In this document: piece after piece, positions 1-11,320 of the stretch | How the letters are laid out: each line of letters begins with the position of its first letter | Position numbering within the stretch: the first letter of the stretch is position 1 | Source: an uncultured delta proteobacterium | GTDB taxonomy: Bacteria; Desulfobacterota; Desulfobacteria; Desulfobacterales; UBA2156 | Length of the DNA: 64,000 nt | Direction of reading: 5' to 3' | NCBI GenBank assembly: GCA_963736855.1 | Contig: CAVTQK010000024.1 | Location: 1-64,000, forward strand | Position numbers and translations under genes: made by a program | The notes under the pieces: model-generated | Seen by the model: only the letters and a program-made list of their open reading frames with translations | Database searches by the model: none | Told to the model about the DNA's origin: nothing

Positions 1-867
1 CAAAAACCGTAATTTTGGTCGGCTTATCGAAATCCGGGAATAATCGACCTTGCGATGTATCAATTCCATCCTTGTCGATGTCGAAGTTGGCATCGCCGCC
101 ATGTTTCCAGGCCACTTTTAAAAATTTGTCAATCCCAAGTGGGTGGCCGGAGCCAAAGACAAGGCCATATACATTTGCCCCTTTCGGATTGAAAATGAAC
201 CAAGATAATACTCAAGCCCATCAGGAACCCACCGCCTGTAAGATTCTGCCACGATCCGGTGCACATTGGTTCCGTTCATCCGTGAAAAGTCCTCGTCCGT
301 TACGGGAACACAATCACGAATTTCCGGCACTGGTCTGAAACGATTGACCATTGAAGAAGAAATGAAGAAAATAAAATCAGTTTTGGAAGCTGTACAATGG
401 TTTGAAAAACAGATTTTGTGATTTGCTTCACACCATTTTGATCAGGAATAAAAGATTCGCCACCCTCCCATGCATGAAGGTTCCCATTTCATAAACGCAG
501 ATTGAAAATCTTTTTTTTCCGTGCGAAAATAACCTGCGGCAAAGAAGCCCTCTGTTCATCAATATATGATGACAGGTTTTTAAATTTTCCGGATTTTTTC
601 GTTAAAATATGCTTTGATAATTTTCGAGCGCTGATTTCTACTTTGATTAATTGCATTGCGGATTTCATCGCATGTAATAACAGGACTTCCCGGATTGCCA
701 TCCACATCGAACCCGGGACCTGCAAAGAAATCGAAAATCTGTATAATGTCAACAGATGATCCATTGATGAATACCGGCAGCCACTCACGCAGGTAATCAC
801 GGTAAAGATCCAGCTTGTCTAGTGTCCCTTCGTCAAACGAGTTCTTGTGCAAATTGCGTACAGGCAT
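1..867 (-). CDS. tcmP: Three-Cys-motif partner protein (TcmP/GMT-like), frameshifted, runs off the window's left edge
   Basis: N-terminus 'GTLDKLDLYRDYLREWLPVF...IFDFFAGPG.D.DGNPGSP' (ORF 580-867); continues in other frames (DQNGVKQIT..., ORF 118-351, AWKHGGDANFDID near base 60-110). Confidence 0.7.
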
Positions 868-880
868 GGCAATGTTCCTG

Positions 881-1651
881 TTATTGAAGCATGTTCAGTT
901 TATCGTCAAAAATGATAAACTTAGGCGAGCCACCTCTCCATGAATAGATACTCTGGTCATCATCTCCTACGACAAAAAGGCCATCTCTCTGTTCATTCGA
1001 TAACAGATAGATAAGGTTAAACTGGGCAGCATTAATGTCCTGATATTCATCTATCAGCAAATGCCTGCATTGGGATTGGTATCTTGCCAAAAGCTCAGCA
1101 TTCTCTCTTAAAAGATCACATGCTAACAGAATCTGTTCATCATAATCGATGGCCGAACAGCCCCTGAGGATACTTTGATACGTTTTGCAGATCATGGCAT
1201 TTTTTATCTTCTGCTGAAAAATTACATGCGCCGAACTGCCTGCACTTCTCTGTTTCCGTACCATCACTCCTATCATGACCAGCAAGCTGTGCTGCATCCC
1301 CAATGAGAATATTTCTCAGTCTGTCGCTAGTAACAACCTTAACAATATCCTTAAGGCCAATCTCTGAGGCATTCTCCCTTACAATCTTATATCCCAAGCT
1401 GTGCATAGTCCTGATGGTTTTAGGCTGTTTCTTGTAAGGAAGGTAGAGATCAGGCTTGTTAAAATCCGAAATTCTGTCTCTCATGTTTTTCGCGGCAGCG
1501 ACCGTCAAAGGTAATCACAGTAATATTCTCAGGCGGAACTTCTAGTTCTTCAACAAGGAATTTTATCCTTTGCCCAACCGGTAAGTTTACCTGTACCAGG
1601 GCCAGCCAAAGAGCAAAAGTGGACCTGAAAGCTATGAATGTCATCAACCAT
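881..1651 (-). pseudogene. UvrD/Rep (SF1) helicase N-terminal half, frameshifted and truncated
   Basis: Motifs LAGPGTGK, VITF(T)VAAAKNM, TMHSLG, LLIDEYQD, VVGDDDQSIYSWRGG spread over three frames; stops about 15 codons after motif III. Confidence 0.75.
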
Positions 1652-4600
1652 TATCTTCGCATCCGCTCCCCGGCCCATGCGGTACTTGATGTCGTAGTTG
1701 ATGATGAAATCCAGTTCCTCGTCGGTGAAGCCATAGTGTTGTGCAAGGACCTGGTCGATTTGGTCGATGATGGGTTTGGATTTTTGAATTTTAAAGGATT
1801 GTGTTTCCGTCCGGCCTGTCTGTTTTTGTTCCCGCACAAGCATGGCGCTGTTATTGTTCATGTCCTTCAAATAACGTGCACCCAAATCACGAAGCTCTGT
1901 ATCAATCATCGCCGACTCTGGTATTGGAAAGTTTTGGATGTCATATGGGTTCAGGTCCCTAAGATTTGAGGTTACCGTGTACCACCACCAAAAGACATCG
2001 CTGCTCAAGGCTGCAATCAAAGGTTTGACTTGCCCGCGTTTGGCGACCGTAAAGGAGGTTTCGCGGCTGCTATGGCATGATCTTGCCATTTAGCCTGAAT
2101 GCCGGAGCAAAATCAGTAAAAACCTTCCAATACAGACCTCCGGTTGTCCTGTAATAAACTTGTTGGTCGGATGAACCAGTGAAATGCATAGTTGCTGTTT
2201 TAACTGCGAGGCACTTTTCAAGGATGCTTCGTTCAACTCTCTCACCGAGCTTGGGAACCCAGAAAGCCGGTCTGTTTCGCTGGACGTTCACGTAACTCAA
2301 TCTTTCAAACAAACCGTCGCGGTCTTCACTGGTCCATTTCTGATAATTTGTTGAAAAAGTGCGACCTTTTGTAGATGGTGTGATAACAAAAACGGTCAGT
2401 GCCCTATTCACGGTATCAAACAGCTTTCCCGGCCGCCAAGCATAATTTGCATACCAAGCGTTATGATCTGTTTCCAGTATCTGCTGAACGATCTGCATTC
2501 TTTGCGTGGACGGTAGTGCTAACGGCACAATCATGCTCATGCATCCCACAGTGCTAAGTAAGCTGAACGCTTCTCTCAATACACATGCTGTGAATGGCTG
2601 CACCATCTAAACACTTATAATTTTTCGGACTGTAATTTACTTGACGAAGTTCAAGATACGGCGGATTTCCGATAATCACATCGAACCCACCGCTCTGCAT
2701 GATGCCATAAAACTCCACAAACCAGTGAAAGGGCTGATGGGACTTCAGCCATTTGTCATAATTCCTACCTTTTTCCTTCGGACAGATTTACCCCATACTC
2801 GCCTGCCAGATGTCGGTTCAGTTCATCTTCCAAAGCTTTAAGCCGATTACGCAGGTTCTGTTTGGCACCGGAGAAATCCTTTGCGTCCATACCCTTGTCG
2901 GTCTGCATGCGTCGGAACTGTTTGAAAGCGCCGATCAGCCAATTCAACCTGCTCTTCAAACCGTTGATACGCGCTGAGAGTCTCTCCAAACGGAAGCTTG
3001 TCGCCTGTTTCCACTGGGAATCTTCTTTAAAAACTCGCCTGACTTCGTCTGCCGTGGCATACCCCACCAGGGTGTTGCCGGCGCGGATATTGAAGTCGAT
3101 GTCGGGCAGAGGCTCGATGCCGAAGTTTTCCTTGCCGGAATCAGGCTCAACCTGGGCCACCAGCTTTAGGAAAAGCCGCAGCTTGCAGATCTCCACGGCC
3201 TCTTCCATGATGTCCACGCCAAAGAGGTTGTTCAGGATGATGTTCTTGAAAATATAGTAGCGGCGGTTGGGATGATCCTCCACCTGTTTTAAAACCTTGC
3301 GAAAGTCGGAGAATTTTTCCGGCCGGTGCTTTTCGCCTGAGCGGTCAAGGTCTTCCACAAAGGCCGCCATCCGGTCGAGACAGGCTTCATAGAGCGGTTC
3401 CAGGATATTGAGGGCGGCAAAGAGAAACGCCCCTGAGCCGCAGGTGGGGTCGAGAATGGTGATGCCGTTTTGATGCTTTTCGTTGGACTTTTCCGGAATA
3501 TGGCCGTTAATGGTGTGCCAGAAGGCCCGCAGCAGATCCGGTCCCTCGCAGTTTTCAATCGCATCCTGGGCAAACTGGCGGATGTCCAGGTTAAAGGTGA
3601 TCAGGTCATTGATATCCTGCACTTCGCCGTTTTGAAGTTTTTCCCTGATTTCAAGGCAGCGGCTGCGCCGGCAGACATACTCCCGCCAGGTTTCGGTGAC
3701 CAGGCGGATGGGATCATCGGCCGGGGCCTGCTGCAGGTTGTAGCGGTTGTCGAACATGCGGGCTTTGGGGTCGTGCATGCCGGTTTGGACAAAGTCGGGA
3801 AGTTCGCTTTCAGGCAGTACCTTGCCGCCCTCTCCGATAACGCCGTGTTTCACTGCCGGGTACAGGTAGCGGTCCGGATCGGCGGAAAGTAAACTCCAGA
3901 CCGTGGGGCCGCCGGGATTTTCAAAAGCCACTTTGCATTTGGTCCGGGCCGCATCGAACAGAAAGGGAATCACCGTGTTCTTGCTGATATATTCGGTAAT
4001 GTCCTCCTTGGTGTAATAGGCCCCCATCTGCTTCTGGTTGATGTACTTTTCAAAGATATAGCCCAGAACATCGGGGTTGATTTCATTGTCGGCCCTTAAG
4101 GGGCGCTCGTCCAGATGCCACTGGTACTGGTCAAAATAGTCAAAGATCCGCTCAAAGGCTTCGTCCGGAATCTGGATGTCCAGATAGCGCTGCTCCACCG
4201 GATGCCTTTCGAAAAAGCCGCCGTCAAAATAAGGGATTTTACCGAGCAGCTTTTCAAGCTCAGACGTTCGCGCTTTTCCGCCAAGTCCTTCATGAAACAG
4301 GCGCAGCAGAAAGTAGCGGTAAAAGGAATAAAAGCGGTCGCGGCCGTATTCACTGCGCATCCGTGCAAGCCGGTTGCGAAGATAGTCCGGATCGCCGTCC
4401 AGAAACCCTTTGCGCTGGATGAAATAGACGAACATCAGGCGGTTTAGCATGACCGAGGCATACCATTCATGATCGGTTTTCTCGGAAATGCCGGTAACAA
4501 ATTTAAGAAACTCGGCGTGCTCCTTTTTAAAGCGGTCATAGAAGCGCTTGGTGACCCGCTCAACGTCAAAGCCGGCCTTGGCGCAGCGGGTCACATCAAA

Positions 4601-5044
4601 GAGGGTGAGGTTTTCTTCCTCTTCCAAAGAAAAGGCGATGGCGCTCGAGTTTCTGAATCAGGGCGTCACCCGGCTGGTTTTTGTGAAAGGTGTGCTCCCT
4701 GCAGGCAATGGGTTTTCCCGGCTCCCGCTTGACCCACTGCCAGACCTGGGTGGTCCGATCCGCATCAGTAAACACGATAAGATGTTCATGGGCGCTTTTG
4801 GCGGCCTGATGCTCGATTTTGCGCCGGATGGCATGATCGGGCAGACGCTCGCCCGCCGGGGTTACATACTCAAAGGCAACCATGCCGCGTTTTTGCGCAA
4901 AGGCCTGAAGATGAGATCGTCCGGCCGTCAAGGATAATCTCCAAGCCGGGCGTTGTGATGATCCCAGCCCAGGTGCTCGCAAAAGAGCGCAGTAAAATCA
5001 AAGGACTTGAGACACTTTCGTACGGCGGGGAAGTCGATTTTCAT
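1650..5044 (-). CDS. Large Eco57I/type IIG-like N6-adenine DNA methyltransferase (~1100 aa), frameshifted
   Basis: LGYIFEK...GAYYT, ILDPTCGSGAFL (motif I), LFGVDIM, NIRAGNTLVG in ORF 2765-4627; GGFDVIIGNPPY read on the minus strand near 2655-2692; C-terminus 'IDQVLAQHYGFTDEELDFIINYDIKYRMG'. Confidence 0.85.
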
Positions 5045-5054
5045 CCTTTATACT

Positions 5055-8000
5055 TCATCCTTGTCCTTTAAGCCCCATGGAGCAGATGATGCGCGGCTCA
5101 CGGTCATCTTTTTCATCCTCATGGATGATGCAAAGCCGTCCTTCGGATCGAAGCAGGAGCACCAGCTCGGCAAGCTGCTGATCGCTGATGCCGGACTTTA
5201 AGCTGGCGGTTTAGGGTATCAACCGCCACCGGCCGCAGGGGATAGCGGTAGATTTCATCCAGAGCTTTATTGAGCTCGCCGAAAGTGGATTCAAACAGGG
5301 TGTCTTCACAATCCTGAATGTAATGCTTCAGGCGCTCATAGGTGCGGAAGCGGGCGCCGCGCGGGCTCCCGAGCTGGCCGCCGATCCGTTTTTCCTCCCG
5401 GACGATATGCTCGACCCCGGCCCGGACCAGCTCATGGTGTTTGTCCTGTCGGGGCAAGGCGGGTGTATCCGGATCGCAGGCGGCAGCCCGCAGGATTTCG
5501 ATCTGAGATTCGGTGATGCTTTCGCCTTTTTCATTCACATAAGCCAGGGCGTCGTTACCGTCGGCTGAGCGCATATAGACCAGAACGCCTTCGGGTCTGT
5601 CGGGCAGTGCAACATGGGCACGGGTGGCATAGACCACATCCGGCAGACGACTCGATTTTACGCCGCAGATCCGGGATCACGATCGACGGCGTTCTTCCAG
5701 ATCTGATAGGCCTGGGATGCCAGATCCACATCGGCGTCATCGTCGCCGTCCAGGATGCCGGATCTTTCGGTGAAAAGATCGCGGACCACTTGCTCGTCGC
5801 TCTGATCCTCGAAAAAGGCCTCATCACTGCCCACTACCTCGGCATTTTCAGTGCAGGCGTTTTCGCACGCCTAGCTGCGCAGTCGGATAATCCGATCCAC
5901 GCCATCGGCGGTAAAAAAAGAATAGCAGAGAATGTTTTCAGCCATCTGGCCGATGCGGTCCACACGGCCGGCCCGCTGGATCAGCCGGATGATGGCCCAG
6001 GGAAGATCGTAATTCACCACAATGGCGCAGTCCTGAAGGTTTTGACCTTCGGACAGGATGTCCGTTGCAATCAGGACACGCAGTTCGTTTTCCGGGCGAA
6101 CCTGGTCGCGCTTTTTGTTGCTGACCGGACTGAAACGCCAGGCCATGAGGGTCGGGTTGGCCGTTTCGCCATGTACACCGGCGTGATCCTTCAGCCCGCG
6201 GAGTACGCAGCTGGGCATCCAGATAGCGGACCGTATCGGCAAACTGGGTAAAGACCAGCACCTTATCGCCGGGATGCTTTTGGGTCAGCAGCGTGAAAAG
6301 CGCCGCCAGCTTGGCATCCCGCTGCGGGTCCCAGGCGCCGCCCGACTCCAGGATCCCCATAAGTTTCAAGGCATCGGCGTGCAGATCCCGGGCAAGTTTT
6401 TTGATAAAAAGACTTGCCCGCAACCATTTAAAGCGGTGCCCGTATTTGCGGTCGTACAAATCACAGATTTCTGCAGCCCGCCTGCGGAAGTCGGCCTCGC
6501 TATGCAGGGCTTCATTTTCAGGAACATTCTCATTGTCATCATTTTCATACTCATAGAGATCTTCTGACGTCTGTTCTTTGTCCTCATCGGTAAAGCGCGT
6601 GTCAAGCATTTCCGGGTCCTGTGAGCCGATGGGAAGCGGTCGGTCATTTTCGATGGCATGCAGGAAGATGAAGTTTCGCAGGACGTGGCGTTCAACCGAC
6701 TGGATAAAGGCCATACCGGAGCTTTCCAGGCGCTTAAAGAGATTGGTGCGGCAGAAACCCATGAGGCGTTTTCCGGCGCGGGAAAGATCCTGCAACTGGC
6801 GCTGTTCCGCTGAAGTGGGCGGATGCTCCGGATTCGGGGCAATGTAGTTTCCCAGCCCATAGCGGGGAAGCGCCAGATCATTGATGGCGTCCACTACTTT
6901 GTCAGAATAAAGCCGGGCATATTGGTCGTCCGGATCCTGGTCGTTTACGTTAAACCGGATTGTGCAGGGAGTGCGCACAGGAAAATATGAGCGCTTGCCG
7001 TCGGGAAACTCCAGATAGCGGCGCCCATTGGTTTCATCGGTTTTGGCATAGTTATCCTGGATAAAGGTGCGGGTGCGCCTTACTAAGAAAAAGCCGCATC
7101 AGATCGCGCCAGTCGTCGGGATACTCGCTGTTTTCAAAGGCGGCCAGGGTCCTTGGCGAGCACTGGTGCTTCCTTAGAAACTCCGTTTCAGACATGCCGC
7201 GCAGATACTGCTCCGGCCGAATGCCGATATCAAGATCCTCTTCCACAAAGAGCCGCAGCTGATTGGACAGATCCAGATAGGTCTTGTTGTACGGCGTTGC
7301 AGTCAGCAGAATTACCCGGCTGTCGTTTTCTTTGATGTATTCCTGCACGGCATGAAAGGTTCGGCCCTCGCGGTTACGAAGGTTGTGGCTTTCGTCGATG
7401 ACCACCAGCTGGTAGCGGCGCTCGTCGGGCAGATCCCTAATGGCACGGCTGATGGATAGAACTTTTCCGCGCAGGCCATACTGCTGGCGATAGTCTTCCC
7501 ACATAGGCACAAGGTTTTTGGGGCAGATGATTAGAGCACGCATGCCGTAATCGTCTTCAAAAATACGGGCTAGTGCGGTTGCCATCAAAGTTTTTCCCAA
7601 ACCCACCACATCACCGATGAGAACGCCGTTTCGTTTATTGACGTGATGGGCGGCGATGCGAACGGCCGCCTCCTGAAATTCCAGAAGATGCTCCTGAAAT
7701 TCTCGGGGAATGCGAAATTCCGACAGGCCGGCACGCGCCTCTTCAGCCAGGTGATAGGCCATCTTGATATAAATATGGTACGGTGGAATCAGTTCCTCGC
7801 GCGCCCAGCTTTCTTCAATAATCTGGATAAGTTCTTTGGAAATATCGATGCAGAAACGGTCGTTCCATCGATTCTCAAACCACCTGGCGAGCTTTTGCGT
7901 GGCATCATAATCCAGAACGTCTATATTGAGCTCTCCCTGGCCTGCCAGACCTGCCATGGTCAGGTTGCTGCTGCCAAGATAGCCGATGATCGGGTTAATG

Positions 8001-8446
8001 GGATCGGATCGAAAGAGGAGATAAAGTTTGGCGTGAAGGGGATGGCGTAGAAACAGTTTGGCAATAACCTTTTTTTCTTTGAGTCTTTGCGCCAAACGGC
8101 GCAAACCTGCTTCATCTTCATTGTTGGGAGCTCCGAATGTCAGCTGGCGGCGAAATTCCTCGGCAAGCTGTTTTTTGAGTCGGATGGCGGTTTGGTTATC
8201 TATTCCCGGGTTCTGGGGCATGAGACTCAAAACCTCACGCAGCTGATCCTGGGGCGGTTTCTGCATCCCTACCAGAAGCCGACAAGAGCCTTCGGTCTCA
8301 GACCAGTGCTGGATATGGCTGTCAAGCTCCTTCCAGCCGCGTAAATTGAAATAGCCTACGCAGAAGTCGGCCCTGTCAGAAAGGTTCAACGCACTTTGAA
8401 GCGTCGGAAGCAGGGTACGGTCGATGTTGTCAAAGACTTGGGGCAT
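5055..8446 (-). CDS. PLD-nuclease domain fused to a SNF2-family helicase (~1130 aa), frameshifted
   Basis: VGYF, HAKLYL, GSSNLT (PLD); GDVVGLGKT, IDESHN, LLTATP, LVFTQFADT, ATDILSEGQNLQ, NYDLPW..IQRAGRVDRIGQ (SF2) across ORFs 7052-8485, 5938-6978, 5871-6242, 5119-5637. Confidence 0.85.
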
Positions 8447-8865
8447 CTCAACCTTTCTCAGAAGTTTTCTGATGGAAGTAAGCAACTATAGCATGATTTC
8501 TGCCTGAACAAAATTTTGCGATATTATTGTGACCCGAAAAGGTGCATGGGAGGGTAACTGCTGTTGTTAATCTGCTTATGTCCAAATTATCACCTATTAA
8601 TCAGATTGGCATTTAGGTGTAACTCACTGAACTAAGCATCAATTATGTAAAGTTCATATATATTTCCCGACAATGTGTCAATAAAATTAGATAAATATTA
8701 AATAGTTAGTTAAGGCCAGTGAATATTGCCAAGCTGCATGGAGTGAGTGCAGGTTCCGTCTTCAGTGGTAGGCAAACGAGCGAGATAAATGACCGCTCTG
8801 TATTAGATTGACCATGTTGCCCTGAAGGAAACCAATTCGCCTTGAGATAAGAAGCATGGCTCTCA

Positions 8866-8904
8866 GGATATCCGCCGACCCGAAAACCTTTGATATGTCT
8901 GTAA
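8866..8904 (+). repeat. 39-bp direct repeat, copy A
   Basis: ggatatccgccgacccgaaaacctttgatatgtctgtaa; 36/39 identical to 9705-9743. Confidence 0.85.
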
Positions 8905-8970
8905 TGATTTGGATTCGAGCCGGCCGCGGCCAGTTTCCTTGGGTAGTGGAAATTCTCGGACAGGTTTCGC

Positions 8971-9232
8971 TCAGGGTGTTCTTGAGAACCTTGTCGTGTA
9001 ATCCGACGTTTCTTAAAATGAGCAGGTCGTCATGGATTTCGAAGGTGAGTCTGAGAGAACGACTTGCACGTGCCTCCCAGATGGAAGCCGTACCCTGCAC
9101 TTTTTTAACTCGCAGACCGGGATGCCTCACATCTTCAGCCAGCAGGTGTATTGCCTTTGCCACAAGCGCAGCGTCACTCGCCTCAAGACTGATGTAGGCA
9201 CGTTCAAATCGCCGGGTGTATTGCAGGCGCAT
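8971..9232 (-). CDS. RelE/ParE-superfamily toxin (probable natural stop ~8971; the ORF read-through to 8762 is probably an indel)
   Basis: MRLQYTRRFERAY...HPGLRVKKVQG..IWEARASRSLRLTF...LRNVGLHD; coupled to the upstream antitoxin. Confidence 0.75.
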
Positions 9233-9531
9233 TATCGCTTCCGTCCAGGGGCCTTGCTAAGGGTGGCAATGAGATCATCCGCCTTCTTGAACTCCCGGAC
9301 GCGGCCTAATGCAATGTCTTCGCTGGCTTCCCGCTCGGCAGCCTGCCATTCTGGAGACCAGAAGTAAGCCTGGCTCTTATCGATCAGTTTTTTAGGAGTG
9401 AGGATGAGGCTGTCTTCGCTCACGCGTACCTCGACGTAATCTCCTTCCTCAATGTGAAGCGCCCGCCGGGCCACAGCGGGCAACGTCATTTGTCCGTTGC
9501 GTGTCACCTTGGTTAGAGTCGCAGTCTTCAT
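9232..9531 (-). CDS. AbrB/MazE-family antitoxin
   Basis: KVTRNGQMTLPAVARRALHIEEGDYVEV...LILTP; GGAGG RBS upstream. Confidence 0.85.
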   Translation of the reverse strand: MKTATLTKVTRNGQMTLPAVARRALHIEEGDYVEVRVSEDSLILTPKKLIDKSQAYFWSPEWQAAEREASEDIALGRVREFKKADDLIATLSKAPGRKR

Positions 9532-9554
9532 GAATCCACCTCCATAGCTGAACT

Positions 9555-9597
9555 TCCTATATTAGGAGAATACTAAATCCTGTCTTGACCGTCAAGA
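9555..9597 (-). promoter_or_regulatory. sigma70-type promoter of the TA operon, overlapped by palindromic operator candidates
   Basis: TTGACG (9595-9590)-17 bp-TATTCT (9572-9567); perfect IR tcttgac-c-gtcaaga over the -35 and tccta-tat-tagga just downstream of the -10. Confidence 0.65.
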
Positions 9598-9704
9598 TCA
9601 TTTTTATGAAACGGTGTGTATAGATGCCAGGTCTTGAAATGAGGTCATTCTACCTGGCGGGAAGCATTGGCTATCCCTGTCATCTGATAGCACAATAAAC
9701 CCCC

Positions 9705-9743
9705 GGACATCCGCCGACCCGAAAACCTGCGATATGTCTGTAA
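9705..9743 (+). repeat. 39-bp direct repeat, copy B
   Basis: ggacatccgccgacccgaaaacctgcgatatgtctgtaa. Confidence 0.85.
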
Positions 9744-9774
9744 AATTGCGAGGTGCCCATGGCGCATGATTCAC

Positions 9775-11304
9775 TTATAATCTTTCAGAAACAGAAACGA
9801 GTTTTCCGAGAAAAACGGCAAACGGAACAATATTCCGTTCCACACTCCCGCGTTCCAACGCCTCCATATAGTCATCTCGTTTTTCAAGTGGAATAACGGT
9901 CCAAGGGTACCCGCCCGCAGCGAGCATCACATTCATAAGAAATCTTCCCATACGGCCATTGCCGTCCATGTAGGGATGGATATAGACGAATATGAAGTGG
10001 CCCAGAACGACACGCACCGATGGTTCCGGTTCTTCTCTCAGCAACTCAAAGAATGCCGGCATGCAGTCTCGCACCGCTTCATGCCGGGGCGGGATATGCA
10101 TTGAGCGGCGGATGTATACCTGGTCGTTACGGTAGCCGGCGAGATCCGCCGCCCGCAAGAGGCCGGCTGTAACACAGGGTCCAAACATTTCACGGTACCA
10201 ATCCCCATGATCCTCATCGCTGACGGCTCCAGGATTTTCTCCCTCTAATATCTTTCGGATACTTTCCCGGACTGCCTGGTAGGCCTGCCAGTATCCGCGT
10301 GCAGCTAAAGCATTACGATGTTGGCGATCGTCCCCGTTTTCATCAGGGTTCCACTCGCCGCTTCGGACCCGTTCGACCAGCTCAGGGCTAACCCGATAAC
10401 CTTCGATGGACAACGAGTGATAAGCGTCCGTTACATAGATGTCATCGACGTCCTTGAGATAGGCGGCGATATCGGAAGGCCGGCCAGGGGCGGCTGGAAA
10501 TAATTTGAGAATAGGTTCTCGCATCTGTTGCCAAATCAGGCGTATCCGATTCACGTATGGCGACTGTTCTCGCACGGGCAGGATCAGGTTGATAGTGTTT
10601 TCAAATGGATCTTTTTCACGAATGTCGTAACCGGCGGTTTTCATTGTTTTGACAATATCGTCAGCAATACGATTGCGTCCGATATTTCGGAACGCACCTG
10701 CAAGACGGCCGGCAACCGTTGTATGTCCACCTTCAAGGAGCAATTGAAGCACATCCGATGAGCTGCTCACCAAGACCAGCGCCGCGCGAGCATCCGTTGC
10801 GTTCTGTAGAAAGAATCTGGCCCCGCAGTTCACCAGGCCCGAAGGCACGGAGAACAGACGCAGGCCGTCTTTCTCTGAAACTTGTCCAGCTTCAGGGAGG
10901 GCCGCACGCACATCGAATAACGACGTGTCATACGGAAGTTTTGTGATCCTGTTGCGTGCTTTGGGTGATCGGATAAGCAACTGGCGTGGAACGGTCCTAT
11001 TCCCGACATGCAGCAATAGAGACTGCTCGGGTGAGAGGCTCCAATTCGTTTTAAAACGTGCCTTCAAATAGGCTGCACAGAAGCCCCAGAACGATGCATA
11101 CCAGGCAGAGCTTTCACCCGTGACCTCGTCTGGACGGATGGGAATATACCAGCCCTTCATGACTTCTTGCAGGTAGCCGTTTTTGACCAGTCGTTCACGA
11201 TGTGTGCGGGTCAGATCCGCTGAACGTACGGCGACGACACCCCGCTCCTGTAAGGTTCGGAGAACTTCAAGGGATTCGGCCAGTTTTTCATATGGGCGAG
11301 CCAT
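9775..11304 (-). CDS. Fic-domain protein (class II type) with long N-terminal domain
   Basis: Catalytic HPYMDGNGRMGR; inhibitory-helix motif SLSIEG upstream of it. Confidence 0.9.
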   Translation of the reverse strand: MARPYEKLAESLEVLRTLQERGVVAVRSADLTRTHRERLVKNGYLQEVMKGWYIPIRPDEVTGESSAWYASFWGFCAAYLKARFKTNWSLSPEQSLLLHVGNRTVPRQLLIRSPKARNRITKLPYDTSLFDVRAALPEAGQVSEKDGLRLFSVPSGLVNCGARFFLQNATDARAALVLVSSSSDVLQLLLEGGHTTVAGRLAGAFRNIGRNRIADDIVKTMKTAGYDIREKDPFENTINLILPVREQSPYVNRIRLIWQQMREPILKLFPAAPGRPSDIAAYLKDVDDIYVTDAYHSLSIEGYRVSPELVERVRSGEWNPDENGDDRQHRNALAARGYWQAYQAVRESIRKILEGENPGAVSDEDHGDWYREMFGPCVTAGLLRAADLAGYRNDQVYIRRSMHIPPRHEAVRDCMPAFFELLREEPEPSVRVVLGHFIFVYIHPYMDGNGRMGRFLMNVMLAAGGYPWTVIPLEKRDDYMEALERGSVERNIVPFAVFLGKLVSVSERL

Positions 11305-11320
11305 AGTTTACGTTCTTTCG

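Noticed and set aside
1550..1650. Apparent MTase-UvrD fusion in ORF 1550-2089
   Set aside because: Region is rich in indels; the MTase family tail ends at KYRMG and UvrD has its own ATG at 1651
8490..8720. AT-rich region upstream of the helicase with short inverted matches (caccta...taggtg)
   Set aside because: Consistent with an ordinary promoter region; no repeat or site I can support
8762..8970. C-terminal extension of the RelE-like toxin to 156 aa
   Set aside because: Removing one base gives ...HDKVLKNP-stop at ~8971, a typical toxin length; the extension runs through the direct repeat
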